Positions 35,384-48,252 of a stretch of 64,000 nucleotides of DNA are shown in pieces. A model generated the notes under the pieces. It saw only the letters and a list, made by a program, of their open reading frames with translations. It was not told the DNA's origin and did not search any database. The translations under genes were made by a program, and so were the position numbers. Source of the DNA: Pocillopora damicornis. Taxonomy: Eukaryota. The stretch spans positions 1,364,001-1,428,000 of the forward strand of contig NW_020847248.1 of NCBI RefSeq assembly GCF_003704095.1. Reading direction: 5' to 3'. Numbering within the stretch: position 1 is the stretch's first letter; the number at the start of each line of letters is the position of its first letter.

Positions 35384-38300
35384 CTACTGTTTAAGAACAC
35401 TGACATAGAAACTCATCACCAGTTCTCCCTCAAAGACCATGGGAACCTTGACCGTATGAAGAACCATTTGAAGAGACCGGATCAAAGCTGTTGGCAAATT
35501 ACTGGGACCTACAGACCATTTCTATACAGGAATAGAAGAATGCCACGTGTTGAGTAAATCAGTAAAGGCAGTTGAAACCAGAGTTTATTATAATCATGAT
35601 CACAACTTAGAGGTCAAAATTCGAAAGTTCCTCGCTCCACCTTTGTTGGAAAGTTGACAGTTTACACAAAAGAATCATTCATACAAAAACTATTCACAAA
35701 ATATAGTCTCAGTGCCCGATAGGCTAGCGAAGAAGATGTTGCGAGCACTGCACTTTTCATTACGCTTCTCTTACCTTGTAACTTGGTTTGAGCACAACAC
35801 GCAACTGCAATTCCTCGGTGTCGCCTGCTTTCATTTTTTTGGAGTGTTTCATGAGTGGCTCCGTACATGCTTGACGAATGTCTCCTTCCAAGACTCGCAG
35901 GATCTTGCCGTAGTCGTCAAACACTTTTCTCAAAAGTTCAACCTCGTCTCCAAATCCCGAGTATTGAACATTGATGGTTGCGTGGCCTGGAAAAGAGGCG
36001 GTCCCAGGCTCTTTTGGTGTCGTATCCTCAGTGGTCGTCCTCATAGGATAATGTTGGCTGTTTTGGGACGGTGACGGTAACACGTGATAATTAACGTCTG
36101 CCATCCAACGAAGCTCAAAATGAGCGATATCAAATTTATCGCCCAGAAAGAAATAACAATTGGTTTTCCCTTGCAAGCTTTGTCGGAGCTTAAGCGTGTG
36201 AGCCTTTGAGAAGAAAATCAGGACGCCATCTGCAAATGAAAAATGTTAAATCTTACCCCAAGCTTCAAACAACGAAAAGAAGATCAAGTAGTTCTCCCAA
36301 CCAATTGATATTCAATTTTGATCGACAAAGAGGTCCGTAACCCAGCATATCCTCTGAGAGGAAGACACAATTTTATTTTTCATCATTACCAGTTCCCATT
36401 ACACTTGTAACCAGGCAGTAATATATCATAAGAGTGCGTAGATATGGAATTTCTCTTCGAAGGTTCAACACGATAGCTCACGAGTGAGCCTAGCAAAAGA
36501 GTGAGATATAAGATGAACACGAGAAGAGAAACTCCTTATATTCAAGCCATCACCTATCAATGTGTTTGTTATATAAACACCCTAGGCCTTTACTGACAGG
36601 AAAAGTTTTATTTGTTAATCAGTGAACCTGAGAGAGTGTTGCGGAAGGTAAGTGACGTGTTAGCAGCTGATTGTTGATATCAAACACACGTAAAAAATAA
36701 TCATAATTGTACACGTGGGCAGTTACGGCTTTTCTCGTGGCTGGAAATCCTTCTAAAAAACTTCAGTGTATATAATAGAATGGTTCCCCTCTAGGACACC
36801 CTTGTACATTAAATACCCCACAATGTGCTGTCTATCTCATTCCTTCACCCTTACCGTCCAAAAGCTCCCCTCCAAAGTTAAGAGGCGAGGAAGCATCAAC
36901 TCCGAGATGAAGCAACACAAAACTCAGACCTACAACTGAGAAGCAAAACCAATTATTTAGATTGTGAAAAAAACCTCGTGTGTTTGTTTGTAGTTTTTTT
37001 TTACCTTTCCGTAACAACGCCGAATCGAAAGAGTGAATTCTCGAGTGAGCCGCGCGACCCTTGAATGCTCTAAAAGCGTGGATTCTCGAGCGCGCGGCCC
37101 TATGAAAGAAAGAACTCTTTTATCCGAAGGTATGTAATATTCATAATAATCTCACAGCTAACATCCGATGAAAAGTAATATGGATCAAGATTCAGCCATC
37201 GTTCACTTGAATATCGTGAGCAGATAAGATTGATCAGTGCGCGAACAGTTTAAAGGAGAGAATTATCAACGTAAAGTTTACTATCTATTTACCTGAAGTG
37301 TTATTTGTGTTTCCGAACGATTTCACTGTCTTTTTCCCGTTTTCACCGCAAACCACAACCTTACAGTTATCCAAATATGGCGGTATGTCAGCCAAAAGAG
37401 GCACAGTGGCTGTTTGATCTTCCTTCTTTATCAGACGATCCAAGAGACCCACAACCTGGGAGAATTGAGATGGTAATCAATGAGTTAATCTTTATGACGG
37501 TCGTGTCTGGAGTGTCACGCAACGTTCCTCTTCTTTTGGGGGGGCAGTGCGTGACATGCCAAAAAAAAAGCTGCGAAGTAGACTACAATTGGTATTGTGC
37601 GTGGTAGAGGAGCAACAGAAGCAGCAGCGACCTTTTCATGACGCGCAAACGTGCAAAAGTAGCTTCAATAAAAACCAATGGTAAAGAAGGAGAACATTGA
37701 AACGGGTTGCACATGGCGAACTTGGAAACGTTTTTGGACGCACCGAAACGCAACACGGCTCCTTTAACCCTTTACGCCCTAACATCAATATACAAATTCT
37801 CCATTCTGTTCTCTATACATTTCCTAGGGTGCTGACAAGGAGAATTTGTTCTTGGGAGAATTACACAATTCAACGGATAACTATGGAAACATAAACATAC
37901 CGCGCTCTGCCCACTTTTGGGGATCTGTAAGACAATTTTGTTTCCTTCCTTAATCACATACAGGCCAGGAATCATAGCCTCGGGCACGCCGTTTTTCTGG
38001 AAAGGAAATACGAAATAAATTAAACAAAGAAAGAGAAAAATCATCACCTGTCTCATTCTATTTACTCACGTGGCGCTTTCTACATTGCTGATCCTAGCCT
38101 ACGTGTAGCCCTACCCTCCTTCCCAGCAATACGCACGATAGCCTGTGAGTAGACCCTCAATGTCAGCGCTGCTGGACGCGCGTTTCCGCCTATGGGAAGA
38201 ATGGAGACGAGTCGCGGGAGAGTTTGCCGGAGGTCTGGCACTGAAAATGCCAGACACCTTTCAAACCTCTTTCAGACCGCGCTCGTGATTGTGGTTGCGC

Positions 38301-41300
38301 TCTGAATAAAAAGTCGTCATCTGTAAAGAACAAACGGAAAATGTAACATACGTACCAAGTATTTGTTCATGGCAAACACAGTGTGAAAAAATCTGTCGTC
38401 ATGCTCGTTACCGAGAAATATTGGCCTTCGGTCTCGATTATTCCACACAGGAAACGGGTAACCTGTTTAAGAAACAAATACCGCTATTTAAGCTGTTTGG
38501 AAAACAATAATCTTTACAAAACTGAGTACCGCGTCTTGACATAAGAGGCAACAACGTAAAAGTTTGTAGAATGTATTTGTGCAATAACACCCTTTGGGTC
38601 TGTTGACTCTCTAAATTTTACGGATTACGCGCGAACCTCCGCTCTTTTTCACCGAAATTTCCCTAAAGAAATTGCTTATGAATTAAAAAAAATTAACGCA
38701 ATAAACCTCAGCTTTGTTACAACCAAGGTAGATTTCTACAACACCCGATATCTGAGGTGCAACTACTGTACTGAAAAGACTGAGCGCTTCACAGACCTTG
38801 TACGCACTATTCTGACACAACTTAATACGAGTAAAACTCTTTTCGCAGTTTTTCCATTTTAATTTATTATCATAATAATAGTGGATAATCGATTTCAAGA
38901 CAGGAATTCACTTGATAAACCTCAGCTCTGTTATAACCAAGGTAGATTTGCACAAAACCCGATATCTAAGGTGAATCTACTGAAACGAGCGATTCACAGA
39001 CTAAACACCATTTGAGGGTTTTTTTGGACTTTCGACAATTGAAGCCCTGCAGGCACCTTCCCGACGTATATTAACCCTTTCACTCCCAATATCTAATTAG
39101 TAACTCTCCTTACTGTCTGCTAGACAATTCTCATAGAGTAATAATAAAAAGAATTTGGCATTGAACCAACTAGGAACTCCCTAATTGACATTTTTCTTTA
39201 TTCTCGTCTCTTGTCTGCTTGATATCGTATTGATATTGCAAGGAGAAATTCCATCTTGGTCACTCGTGGGTGTTAAAGAGCAAACGCGAGTAACACTCCT
39301 GTTCACCGCTTTTCATTTTAAGTTATTTTCAAAATCAGCCAACGACCAATTGTGGTGTTGATTGTAAATAGGCCTCGAACTTGTGTTAACTTGCGAATAA
39401 TTTATTGTGATCACCTTTCGTCACGTAATGTTATGTAAGTAGCTGTGCAAATAAAATTAGTTATCCATGATACTTAGGTTACATAAGGTTGGATTTAGTT
39501 CAGTAAGCAAGAGGTATGAGTCTAGCGATTAAAGTTTTTTCACGTTTTTTAAAAACGTTGTTCACTACTTAAACACAACACTAGTCGATAACCGAATGGT
39601 ACTCCACTTATGTAAAGCGGAATTACTCCCTTGAACTTACTGTTCATTTGATTTCCCAATCGAAGAAGAAGCCTGCTTGGTGTAAACATGGCAGCAGAAA
39701 GTTCCGACCTTTTTACCAGGATTCCGTACAAGAAAGGTGTCGTGATTCCTTTTAATCCCATAGGTTTGGGCTGTAATGGCACATTTAATAAAACGTATTA
39801 ATATAAATATACATCAATTATAAGATGCCCCTAAGGTGACAGCCCTCTCCTCTCCCGTTTTCCTTTTTTCTCATTATTATCATAACTATTGTTATCCATA
39901 TTATTGATATTATTATGATGAGACTCTGATCTACTTCACAACAATTTGCGAGGTCTTTGACCAGACTTTAATAAGCAGTTTACAATTTTGAAAGGAAACT
40001 TTGTAGCTGCCCCCAATTTTGAAAATTTTGGAATCAAACCCGAACCACAATAACGGGACCTAAGTGCACTACTCTTTGAGAGAAGTGCGTGGGCTCTTTA
40101 ACGTCCCCTGCTAACCAGCACAGAGAAGGGGCAGGAGACGGGGCCTTCAGTTCATCGTCCTCGTCTGAGAAGATTCCAACGTCTAACCATTTGCAGATGT
40201 TATAGCAAAGGCAGAAAATTCTCCTCAGTTATCTCAAGTCCCGTCTGAAGCTTGGGCCCTCTCCATCTGGGACAGTGACCACACGGTAGCCTGGCGCTCT
40301 TCAACCTGAGCTGACCAGGCGGTAGCTTGTTCCACGCGTTTAGGAATTAGAACGAAGCGAGATAGTAAACGACGCGATAGTACCGGAAGACTTAAAGAAG
40401 GAGTGAGGCTTGGGTCGAGTCCCTCGTTTTCATTCCCCCGCTACTATCGCGCTGTTTACAATTTCGCCCCGGTTTACAAAGTGAACACCTAGAACAAGCT
40501 TACCAGGCGGCGGTGATTATTATTCTCTAAATTAATTCTCACCTTAAGTTCACTGGAGACAAGAATAAAACCAGCATCATCTGGACTGTCAAGAAACTGG
40601 TTGTTGCTCGACAAATAGTTACAATGGTAAAAACGATAATCTAACAAGACAAACAAACCAAGTTAGACAAATAAATACACGGGCCATGAGGAAATCGCAG
40701 TTCCTTTGACCCTTGCTGATTTTTGAGCAGAGTTATCAGTTTTAAGGAAACTATTAAGTTGCGTCGGCTGGTAAGTGACACACTTAGTGAGTCATTCGAT
40801 TATAAACAAAATGTTGATTTGAAATATTGAACGGTTGACGTTGCGAACGTTCTTGATTCTTGGGTCGGAAAACAGTGTTTAGCGCTGTCCGTGCTGGTCT
40901 GTCCGTGGTTACTTTTCTGCTTTCCTCAACCCTTACTGATAATCGATTGGTAAGTAATACTACTTATTGCAGCGGTAACGTTGTCATAAAAAATAGAAAA
41001 AGGAAGAGGGATAAAGCCAAAGTCGAATTTATAGGCATATAACAGACGCCATAAACATGTCATTTTCTTTTTTACTTTTTGGAATCGCTTCGAATTTTTC
41101 AAACAATATCTGATATTCCAAGAAGTTTGAAATAATTTTTTTTTTGTGGAGATTCTGTGAAAATTGTTCGGTTGTTGGGCACATGGCCAGATGGTAGCGT
41201 ATTATGCTAAAAAGTTCCTATTTGGCTTTTTCCTCTTATGTCTTTGCTTTTTTCCTATGACAACGTCATTAGGTATATCCTTGCTGTGAAGTACTCACCC

Positions 41301-44300
41301 AATTTTGAAGCAAGATGTAAAATGCCTCTATAGACCCGCAAAACTTCTTCAGGAAAGATTTCCTCCTTTTTCCGTATTTCCAACAAAACCACTACCTCCA
41401 AGTGATTAAACTTGGTGAGACCCTCACTCTGGTAGCACCACACTGTAATGATTTTGTTTCCCTCTTTTACTGGAACGAAAAAAAAAAAAAATAGTCTAAC
41501 TACGATCAAACACTGCGGCAGAAAAGTATGTATTGGGATTTGTTTTGTTTTTTTCTGGATGGTTAAATTTCGGGGTGAGGGAGTTTTCCTTACTCTCTTG
41601 TAATATTGTAAAAAAGTAACATTTTTGAATCAAAATAGATAACCAAAAAAATTATAAAGCTTAGTTAAGAATACCCAAATAACCTCAAAATACAATGGAA
41701 TCGTAGGCTAAGACTACACTAACTCTATAACAGAGACTTACATTTCATTTTCTTGACGTGAACGAGGAGGTCTGCTGTGGTCTGAACTGTTATGCCATCG
41801 GTTAGGTCTGAAGCGTCAAGAAAACAACCGAAAAATTTAGAGATTCAACAACTTTCGATTTCCAAGTATATTTTCATCATAAACTGAAAACTATTTCCTT
41901 TCACCTTAATTATCAGAGGGAATAGATAATTTGTTAAGAGGGCAAGTTTTTAAAGTTTAAAGTTTTTGAACTGAGATGCTGCGTCGGTGGGAGAGTATAA
42001 CAGGGTAATTTAGTATTAGCGGAGCTCGCAGAGCGTAGCCCCATAATTATACAAAATAGTAGTAACCCATCAAGCCGAAAAAATTTGGATGTACGACCGT
42101 ATGACCGACCGTACAAGGTGCTACTTTTAACAAGCGTGGTCAACTGTACCGCGGGCACGCCAACGCTACGGCTTTGTTCAGTAGTCCAGTGGTCAGTGCA
42201 CTGGGCTCCGAGTCGGACGACCCGGGTTCTAGTCCTGGCCGGGGCAAGGCGTTGTGCCCTTTGAGACGTGCGGGAAAAAAAATGCGAGCTCCACTATAAT
42301 GCTTGGCTAAATCTATATATTATCAACCGACTACATAACGTAAATTGGCCACCGTAAAGAGTTTAAAGGCTGACATGTTGAGACTTATCCCTTCGTCAGA
42401 GCAAATGAACAGAATTGTTTAATGTCAGATTCAAAAGACGATGAAAAACATAGTCATAATTGTCCCTTCCTTACGAGTGGCAACACTAACCTCTCAAATC
42501 TTTTGCTAAAGACTTCTTCTGCTCTTGTAATTTGCTCTTTCCTTGAGTTCTGTGACGCCACGTAATGGTCCTTCCTGCCCTTCTAAACGGTAGATTGATT
42601 TCTTTAGTGCTTGGGTCTGTTTCATCAGTAACAAGAACACTACCATCCGATTGCCTTGAACGTTGGATTCTGCTAAGACTTTCTTGAGATTGATGGTCTC
42701 CGCTTGAGCTGCTCATCACAGAAGAGGATACCCTTAGAGATGGTGAAGTGGTGGTAATCGCATGAGAAGGAGTGTGATCAAGTGCAGAAGTAGAAGGAAG
42801 GCTGTGGTTTGTAGTGAGAGCCTCTTCACCGGGTTCTGGGATAGTTTTCTGAAGTGACTGTGACGAGGGAGGTTGTATTTGACTTGAGGGAGCTGAACTT
42901 GAATTGCTGGAAACTTGATTATTTATAGTTGCGGCTGTTGTTGGTGTCGTCGTCGTTGTTGTTGTTTTCACAGTTCCAGTATTGTAGCCCTGAGCAGAAA
43001 GGACCGCATTCTGTCCCACATGTTGTGGCAAGACACTAAAAGTTGTCACTGTCCCAGATGGAGATCGGTTTGAAACTGGGACTGTGCCTTTCAAACTGTC
43101 ACTCGAGGTCTTAGGTGCTTCAGTTGTCCGAACCAAGGATGAAGTAGAAGATGGTTGGTTAGCAAGCAGCATAACTGGAGCCTGCTGCGGAATGAACTGC
43201 TGCCCTGGTGGATAGGTCATCAACATGGGTCCCCCTTGTAAATTAGGTGCAACAGGATTCATGTAAACAACTGGTACAGCTGGTTGTTGAACCTGAGAAG
43301 CAGGCACCCACATGTACTGTTTAGCTGGCTGAGCAGGTCTGGTATGACTCTGGGATCCTTGTAAAGGGTTATTTGAGGGCACAACAGGTTGTGATGGTGT
43401 TGTATTATATTGAACTCTCCCGGAAGACTCTGGTGGCCATGTTAATGGCTGATACGGAAGAGACTGGCTTGAAACACTTCCCTGTAACCCTTGATTTACT
43501 GGCACAAGCCCACTGGACGTCGTGGCTGTCCTTGGACCTTGTGCAAGGGGAAGTGAGTTCCTCTGTGGCTGCATATTCGCTGCTACAACTCCTGCAGGCA
43601 AGACTGAACTATGTGGAAGCAATGGTGAATTTCCTTGTCCGTTTGCGTTGGTCACTACATTTCTCTGGGACAACCCCTTTGGATACTGGATTGAAGCTGG
43701 CGAGTCTGATTGTTGCCGCAACTGTTCTTGTTTGGATGCGTCTTCCTTTGACTTCAACTGAGTTGCTAAGAAAAAAAATTTAACGGCGATAATTACTCTG
43801 TACCTCTCCAATCTGAGAAATTCTCCAATCTGGCTACTAAACATTTGATTGTAATTGATAAGGAGAATTTGGTGAATACTTCAGGGCAATAGAATGAGAT
43901 AAACTCATTCCATGCTAAAGAAACCCTCACAAGTAAAGTTCACATGCCCTTGAAATCAATCTTATCAACAACACATTCAAGATTCAGAAGGATGTTGGAC
44001 CATTTGTGCCAGATTTCACACAAATTACGATAAAATTATTCAGGAAATTACCTTCTTTTATTGCCTTGGTACATGACTTACAAACTCTACCAATTTTGAA
44101 CTCCAGGTAGGGAAATCTGGCTAATTGTGAACAGCAGGTGTTACAAAATATCTGGTTAATAGAAAAACAATACATATACTATGTCAATACTTTTTCATAT
44201 CACAAAATTCCATTGCAATTGTTGTACAATTATCTTCATCAATTGTGACAAGCTCCACGTTGCAGAAGAGAACTGGGCAATTGTATTTCTTGGTTACTGG

Positions 44301-47300
44301 GTCACCATCAATAAAATTACTTTAAGCTCCTTGAACCCTTTACATCCTAACATCATTGTGTATATTCTCCATACTGTTCTCTAAATATTTCCTTGAATGC
44401 TAACAAGGAGAATTTGTTTAACAATCAAGAAATCCTTTGGCCAGTGATCATTTCCTTTATTCTTGTGACCTTAACCCTTTAACTCCCAAGATCTGATTGG
44501 TAACTCTCCCCTCTAGCTGCTACATATTTCCTACTAAATTAGTTAAGAGAACTTGGTGTTAGATCAAGACAACAACTTTTACCTAATAAATTTGAATATT
44601 CTCATTAGCTGTTTACAAGGTATTGTAAGGATATGTTAGGGAGAAGTTTCATGTTGATCAGGTTTGGGATTTAAAGGGTTAATGTGTGATTCAGGGGCGA
44701 TACTACATGGAGAAATTAGAAGCTAGTCAGGTTTAGGGTTCCAAGGGCTAACAGATAACTAAGAGCTTTGAGAAGAGGTAGCACTCCTAATGCAAGGATG
44801 CCCCATAGCTAGAGAAACTAGCCCATGATAATCTTTCTTAATCTTTATCTCACAGAGTTGAAAAGTTGATTACCTTTCCACAACCTCTACAGTGATGTTT
44901 CCTGATAAAAAGTGTAAACTTTACTTTACAGCCAGTACACTTGGTGCAGGCAAAGTCCGGTATCCAGAAAGGGGCCACTTTCCCAGGCTAGAAAAAAAAA
45001 GAACAAAAAACAACACCATTTTTCTTGATATCTCAACTTCATACAATCAAATACTTGATGTAATTTCCTGAACCAGTCCACCCATTAGACGACACAGTTG
45101 TAATCAAACAGTCACACATTAAGTCAATAAACTAAAATTTAATCTAAATTTTTATTTTCCTGACCCTTTAATCCCAAAAGTGATTTACATGTAACTTGTC
45201 CTTGTGATTCCAATATCTCATCTTGCCAAAGGGTAATGTGAACAAACAAACCTATCAACTTCAGGGTGTCACCTTGATATTACACCAAATCCTCCAATAT
45301 AATTTACAACAAAATGCATAGCAGTCAGAAGGGTTGGATCTTTGGACTTAAAAGGTTCATTATATCTGATTGCCTAAATTGTATCATTCAATAACACGTG
45401 TTTCATTCAATGACTTTCAGAGACTGCTGCTTTTGGAAAATTTACCAGATAGAGAATTCTTTCAAACATCTGAAGAAAGAAAAATTATAATGAGAACACT
45501 TTTCAATAAATTCTTGAAATAAAAGCCATTGGTTGTAAGAAAGGCAAATTTGCATGTTTGATACCAGCTACAATAAAAAGATGCTAAATATTCCCATAAT
45601 AAACTCAATAAAACAATCAACTTGAGGAGAACCCTCGCATAAAAATGGGCTACCTTGGACAATATATTATAAACTTACCACTTTTGTCTTGGGCTTGACT
45701 TTTTTAGTATCTGAATGGATTTCCCCACTTTCCTGCAGTGTCTTTTGTGGTTTTTGTACAACATGGCTATTTTCGTTTCTCTCCTGTTGTAGTTGAGGAT
45801 TTTCGGTTGCTCTTGATGTTTCATCTATACCAGGTGGTTCAACATAATCAGCAGATGTGTCAGGATATGATGTCTCGATCAGTGTAACCATGGACTCACT
45901 TGACAGTCTACGTCTAGGAGATCTGTGTGAGACTCCATTTATCTCTCCAGGGTGGCCTTCAGAAGAATGCACTTCAGCAGCAACTACCACTTCAGCAGAA
46001 CTGGGTGACTTTTGCTCATGTCTTCTTCTTTGCTTGGTACTCTTTGGAGGATCTGGAGTGAATGGGTTTGTTCCACTGTCACCAATCCCAAGATCCTGGT
46101 AAGCCCTGAATTCCTTTGGTCTTGCACCCTGAAGTACAGTTGGCGAACTTGGAGGACCAAATAAAGAATATAGTGGTGGTTCTCCCATACCAGGGTTTAA
46201 TGAGCTATCTGCTTCAACATCATAATGTCCAGATTTCTGAACGACCAAGTCTTTAGCAAAAGGATTGGTACTTGGGAAGCTGACGCTTGGAGATGCAAGT
46301 ATGGCAGGTGATTGTTGTTCTGTTGTTGGAGACATTCTCTCTGCTGCTGCAGAGAAAGCCTTGTCAAGTTCGGATGAAGCCACCCATTCTGGTAATCCCT
46401 CAGATTTCCCTCCATCTTGGTGTTCTGAATATTTTTCTGTTGCTGGAATCTTGATTGTAGGTTTGTCATGCCCTTTGGAGTCCAGTAAATGTTCCCCACT
46501 TTCTTTGCCATTTGGTTGTGAAATGATAGAAATTGCTCTTGATAACAAACCACTGAGATAATTTTTCTCGTTAGCATCACCTTCTTCAACATCATCTTTG
46601 TCCACAAGAAATGTACCTGCCTGGCTCATTCTCTGAAAAAGTGCTTCCTTTGTCTTCTTATCAATGCTTGGTGAGGCTAAAGGTAAAATGATTGGAAGTG
46701 AAGCATTAAATGCACTACTTTCTAGCCCTGGAACACTGGCATTACCATTTGATGAAGAGGTTGATGATGGCACAGGTTGAAGCACTAAAACAGGTTTCTC
46801 TTCATGCATGACAATCTGTGGTTGGTAGTAGAAAGGAAGTTTTGATGTGTGATGCTCTTTGCCATTAAGGATGCTGTCAAGGTTTCCATGGGCGGAAAGT
46901 ATCGGATCTTTTACAAGGCTCAGGTTTTCAAGTGATGTCTGTGTGCCTGTTGAAGACAATGATGACATCCTTTCTAAGACTGGGGCAGTGACATATGGAG
47001 GTTCTTCAGGAATCATTTCATCATCTTTAACAGCAACTTCATCATCCTTAAATCCCGTCATTAGCAAGGAGGGTTGGGTCTCTTCAACCAATTGCTTTGC
47101 ATTCCCTTTCAACTTTTCTGATTGATTAGCTAATGACCCACTTGGTACAACAGCCTCTGATAGGTCACTTTCACTTGATGCCACCACAGAATGTGTAGAT
47201 GACACCATTTCATCTTCATCTGATGAAGATGATGATTCAGCATAATCTTCTTTGGATTTATCATATTCCACAGCTTCTGACTGGGGCACAGAAGATGCAT

Positions 47301-48252
47301 GATACATGGAAAGTGTTCCCTCTAGAACAGAGGCTTCAGTGGTCTCACTTTCCACAGAAACAACTCCCACAGGCTCTTTCCCATCTACATCTTCAATCTC
47401 AGAGAAACTATCCTCAGCTTTGCCTTGCAATAACTCAGGTAATTCTTCATCTTCGCTTGAACTAGCACATCCTGTTGAGGAACTCTCAGAATTTTCATGT
47501 GCAGTACTCGATGTTATTGCAAATCTTTCATCATTGTATGGAAATTCAGACATCTGCTCTCCAATTGGAGTGACAATGCTTTTGTTGACAGAATTAACAC
47601 AACTGTTACTGGTGGTCTCTCTGAGTTGATGTGCTGAGTTTTCATTAGTAACACAGTCATTTTTGCAATCCTCCTTTCCATCCAATAAGGCATTAACATC
47701 ATCAATAGCTACAGCTGTGACACAATCACCAATATTGCCATCATCTTCAAATCTAATCTGATCTTCTATCTTGTCCTTTTCATCAGCCACTTCAGAAAAC
47801 CTCTGATCATCCTTTGTAGTGAAGACACTTCTAACTTCTGTTTCATAAGAATTATCATCAGTAGCTGCGTTTTCATCTGCTATATGGTTGTCTTTACCCT
47901 CTCCCAGTCCGTTAATGACAACACTGCCTCTCTCACTATTATCCTCTTCAACTTTCCTGACCTCATCAACTTGATCTAATAATTCAGATAATTGTTGAAG
48001 CTTCTCAAGGCCATTATCATTATCACAACGGTCAACCTCTAAGGACGGTTTCTCCTCAGAATCTAGTGCTTCATTTGGCTGGGATGTCGACCTCATTACA
48101 GAATCACATTCCTCTTGAGAAGCATTCTTCATAGCCACTGCAAGTTTCAAAGCACTTTGCAATGCTTCTGGTGAAAATTTTTGACTCAAACTTTTGATCA
48201 CATCACTAGTATCAGAATTTTCTAAAGTACCATCATGAGCTCCAGTTTCCAT
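35384..48252 (-). CDS. ZFYVE9/ZFYVE16: SARA/endofin-family FYVE-domain protein (~1855 aa); coding exons 48252-45679, 44987-44874, 44151-44052, 43765-42491, 41807-41742, 41469-41299, 40640-40543, 39770-39641, 38462-38356, 37996-37901, 37455-37293, 36935-36855, 36229-35775, 35521-35384
   Basis: Long acidic disordered N-terminus. FYVE finger GKVAPFWIPD..CTGC..FTLFIRKHHCRGCGK|IFCNTCC...RVCKSC. C-terminal DUF3480-like motifs (WCYQSEGL...EVVVLL, PFLYGILV..E...PSRLLLRLG, YPFPVWN.RDRRP, LQLRV, EGELVMSFY). All junctions are GT-AG and frame-consistent. Confidence 0.88.
40050..40322 (-). mobile_element. tRNA-derived SINE with Nin-like conserved core
   Basis: The minus strand reads CCGCCTGGTCAGCTCAGGTTGAAGAGCG...CTGCAAATGGTTAGACG...GGGACGTTAAAGAGCCCACGCAC, resembling cnidarian SINE2/Nin-SINE consensus (recalled). 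Confidence 0.5.
40323..40501. mobile_element. MITE (TAGCTTGTTC...GAACAAGCT) with 9-bp target duplication
   Basis: Direct repeat ACCAGGCGG at 40314-40322 and 40502-40510 flanks the inverted termini. Confidence 0.7.
42019..42322 (+). mobile_element. ~300-bp insertion carrying a tRNA-like segment (42175-42246), nested in a Penelope-like repeat
   Basis: The host consensus TTAGTATTATCAAC is split with TATTA on both sides. Subterminal IR GGAGCTCGCA / TGCGAGCTCC. A-box-like TAGTCCAGTGG and B-box-like GGTTCTAGTCC. Confidence 0.65.
44333..44751 (+). mobile_element. MITE family B with family A nested at a duplicated TTAA (44471-44682)
   Basis: ...TGACC[TTAA-CCCTTTAACTCCC...TTTAAAGGG-TTAA]TGTGTGATTCAGGGG; removing the insert restores the family B sequence. 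Confidence 0.8.

Noticed and set aside
35760-35774. Stop of ORF 35760-36176 as the end of the ZFYVE gene
   Set aside because: A donor AAG|GTAAGA at 35775 splices in frame to 35521-35384, which resembles the SARA-family C-terminus.
38701-39000. ~90-bp direct repeat pair in a ZFYVE intron as alternative exons
   Set aside because: There is no similarity to the neighbouring exons and no consistent splice sites or frame. It looks like a local intronic duplication.
42175-42246. Functional tRNA gene
   Set aside because: The anticodon arm does not pair properly, the acceptor stem is mismatched, and it sits inside an inserted repeat.
43373-47705. Antisense and alternative-frame ORFs over the large ZFYVE exons (similar ones over CLN3, the GPCR and 50747-52117)
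   Set aside because: These are shadow ORFs of real coding exons.
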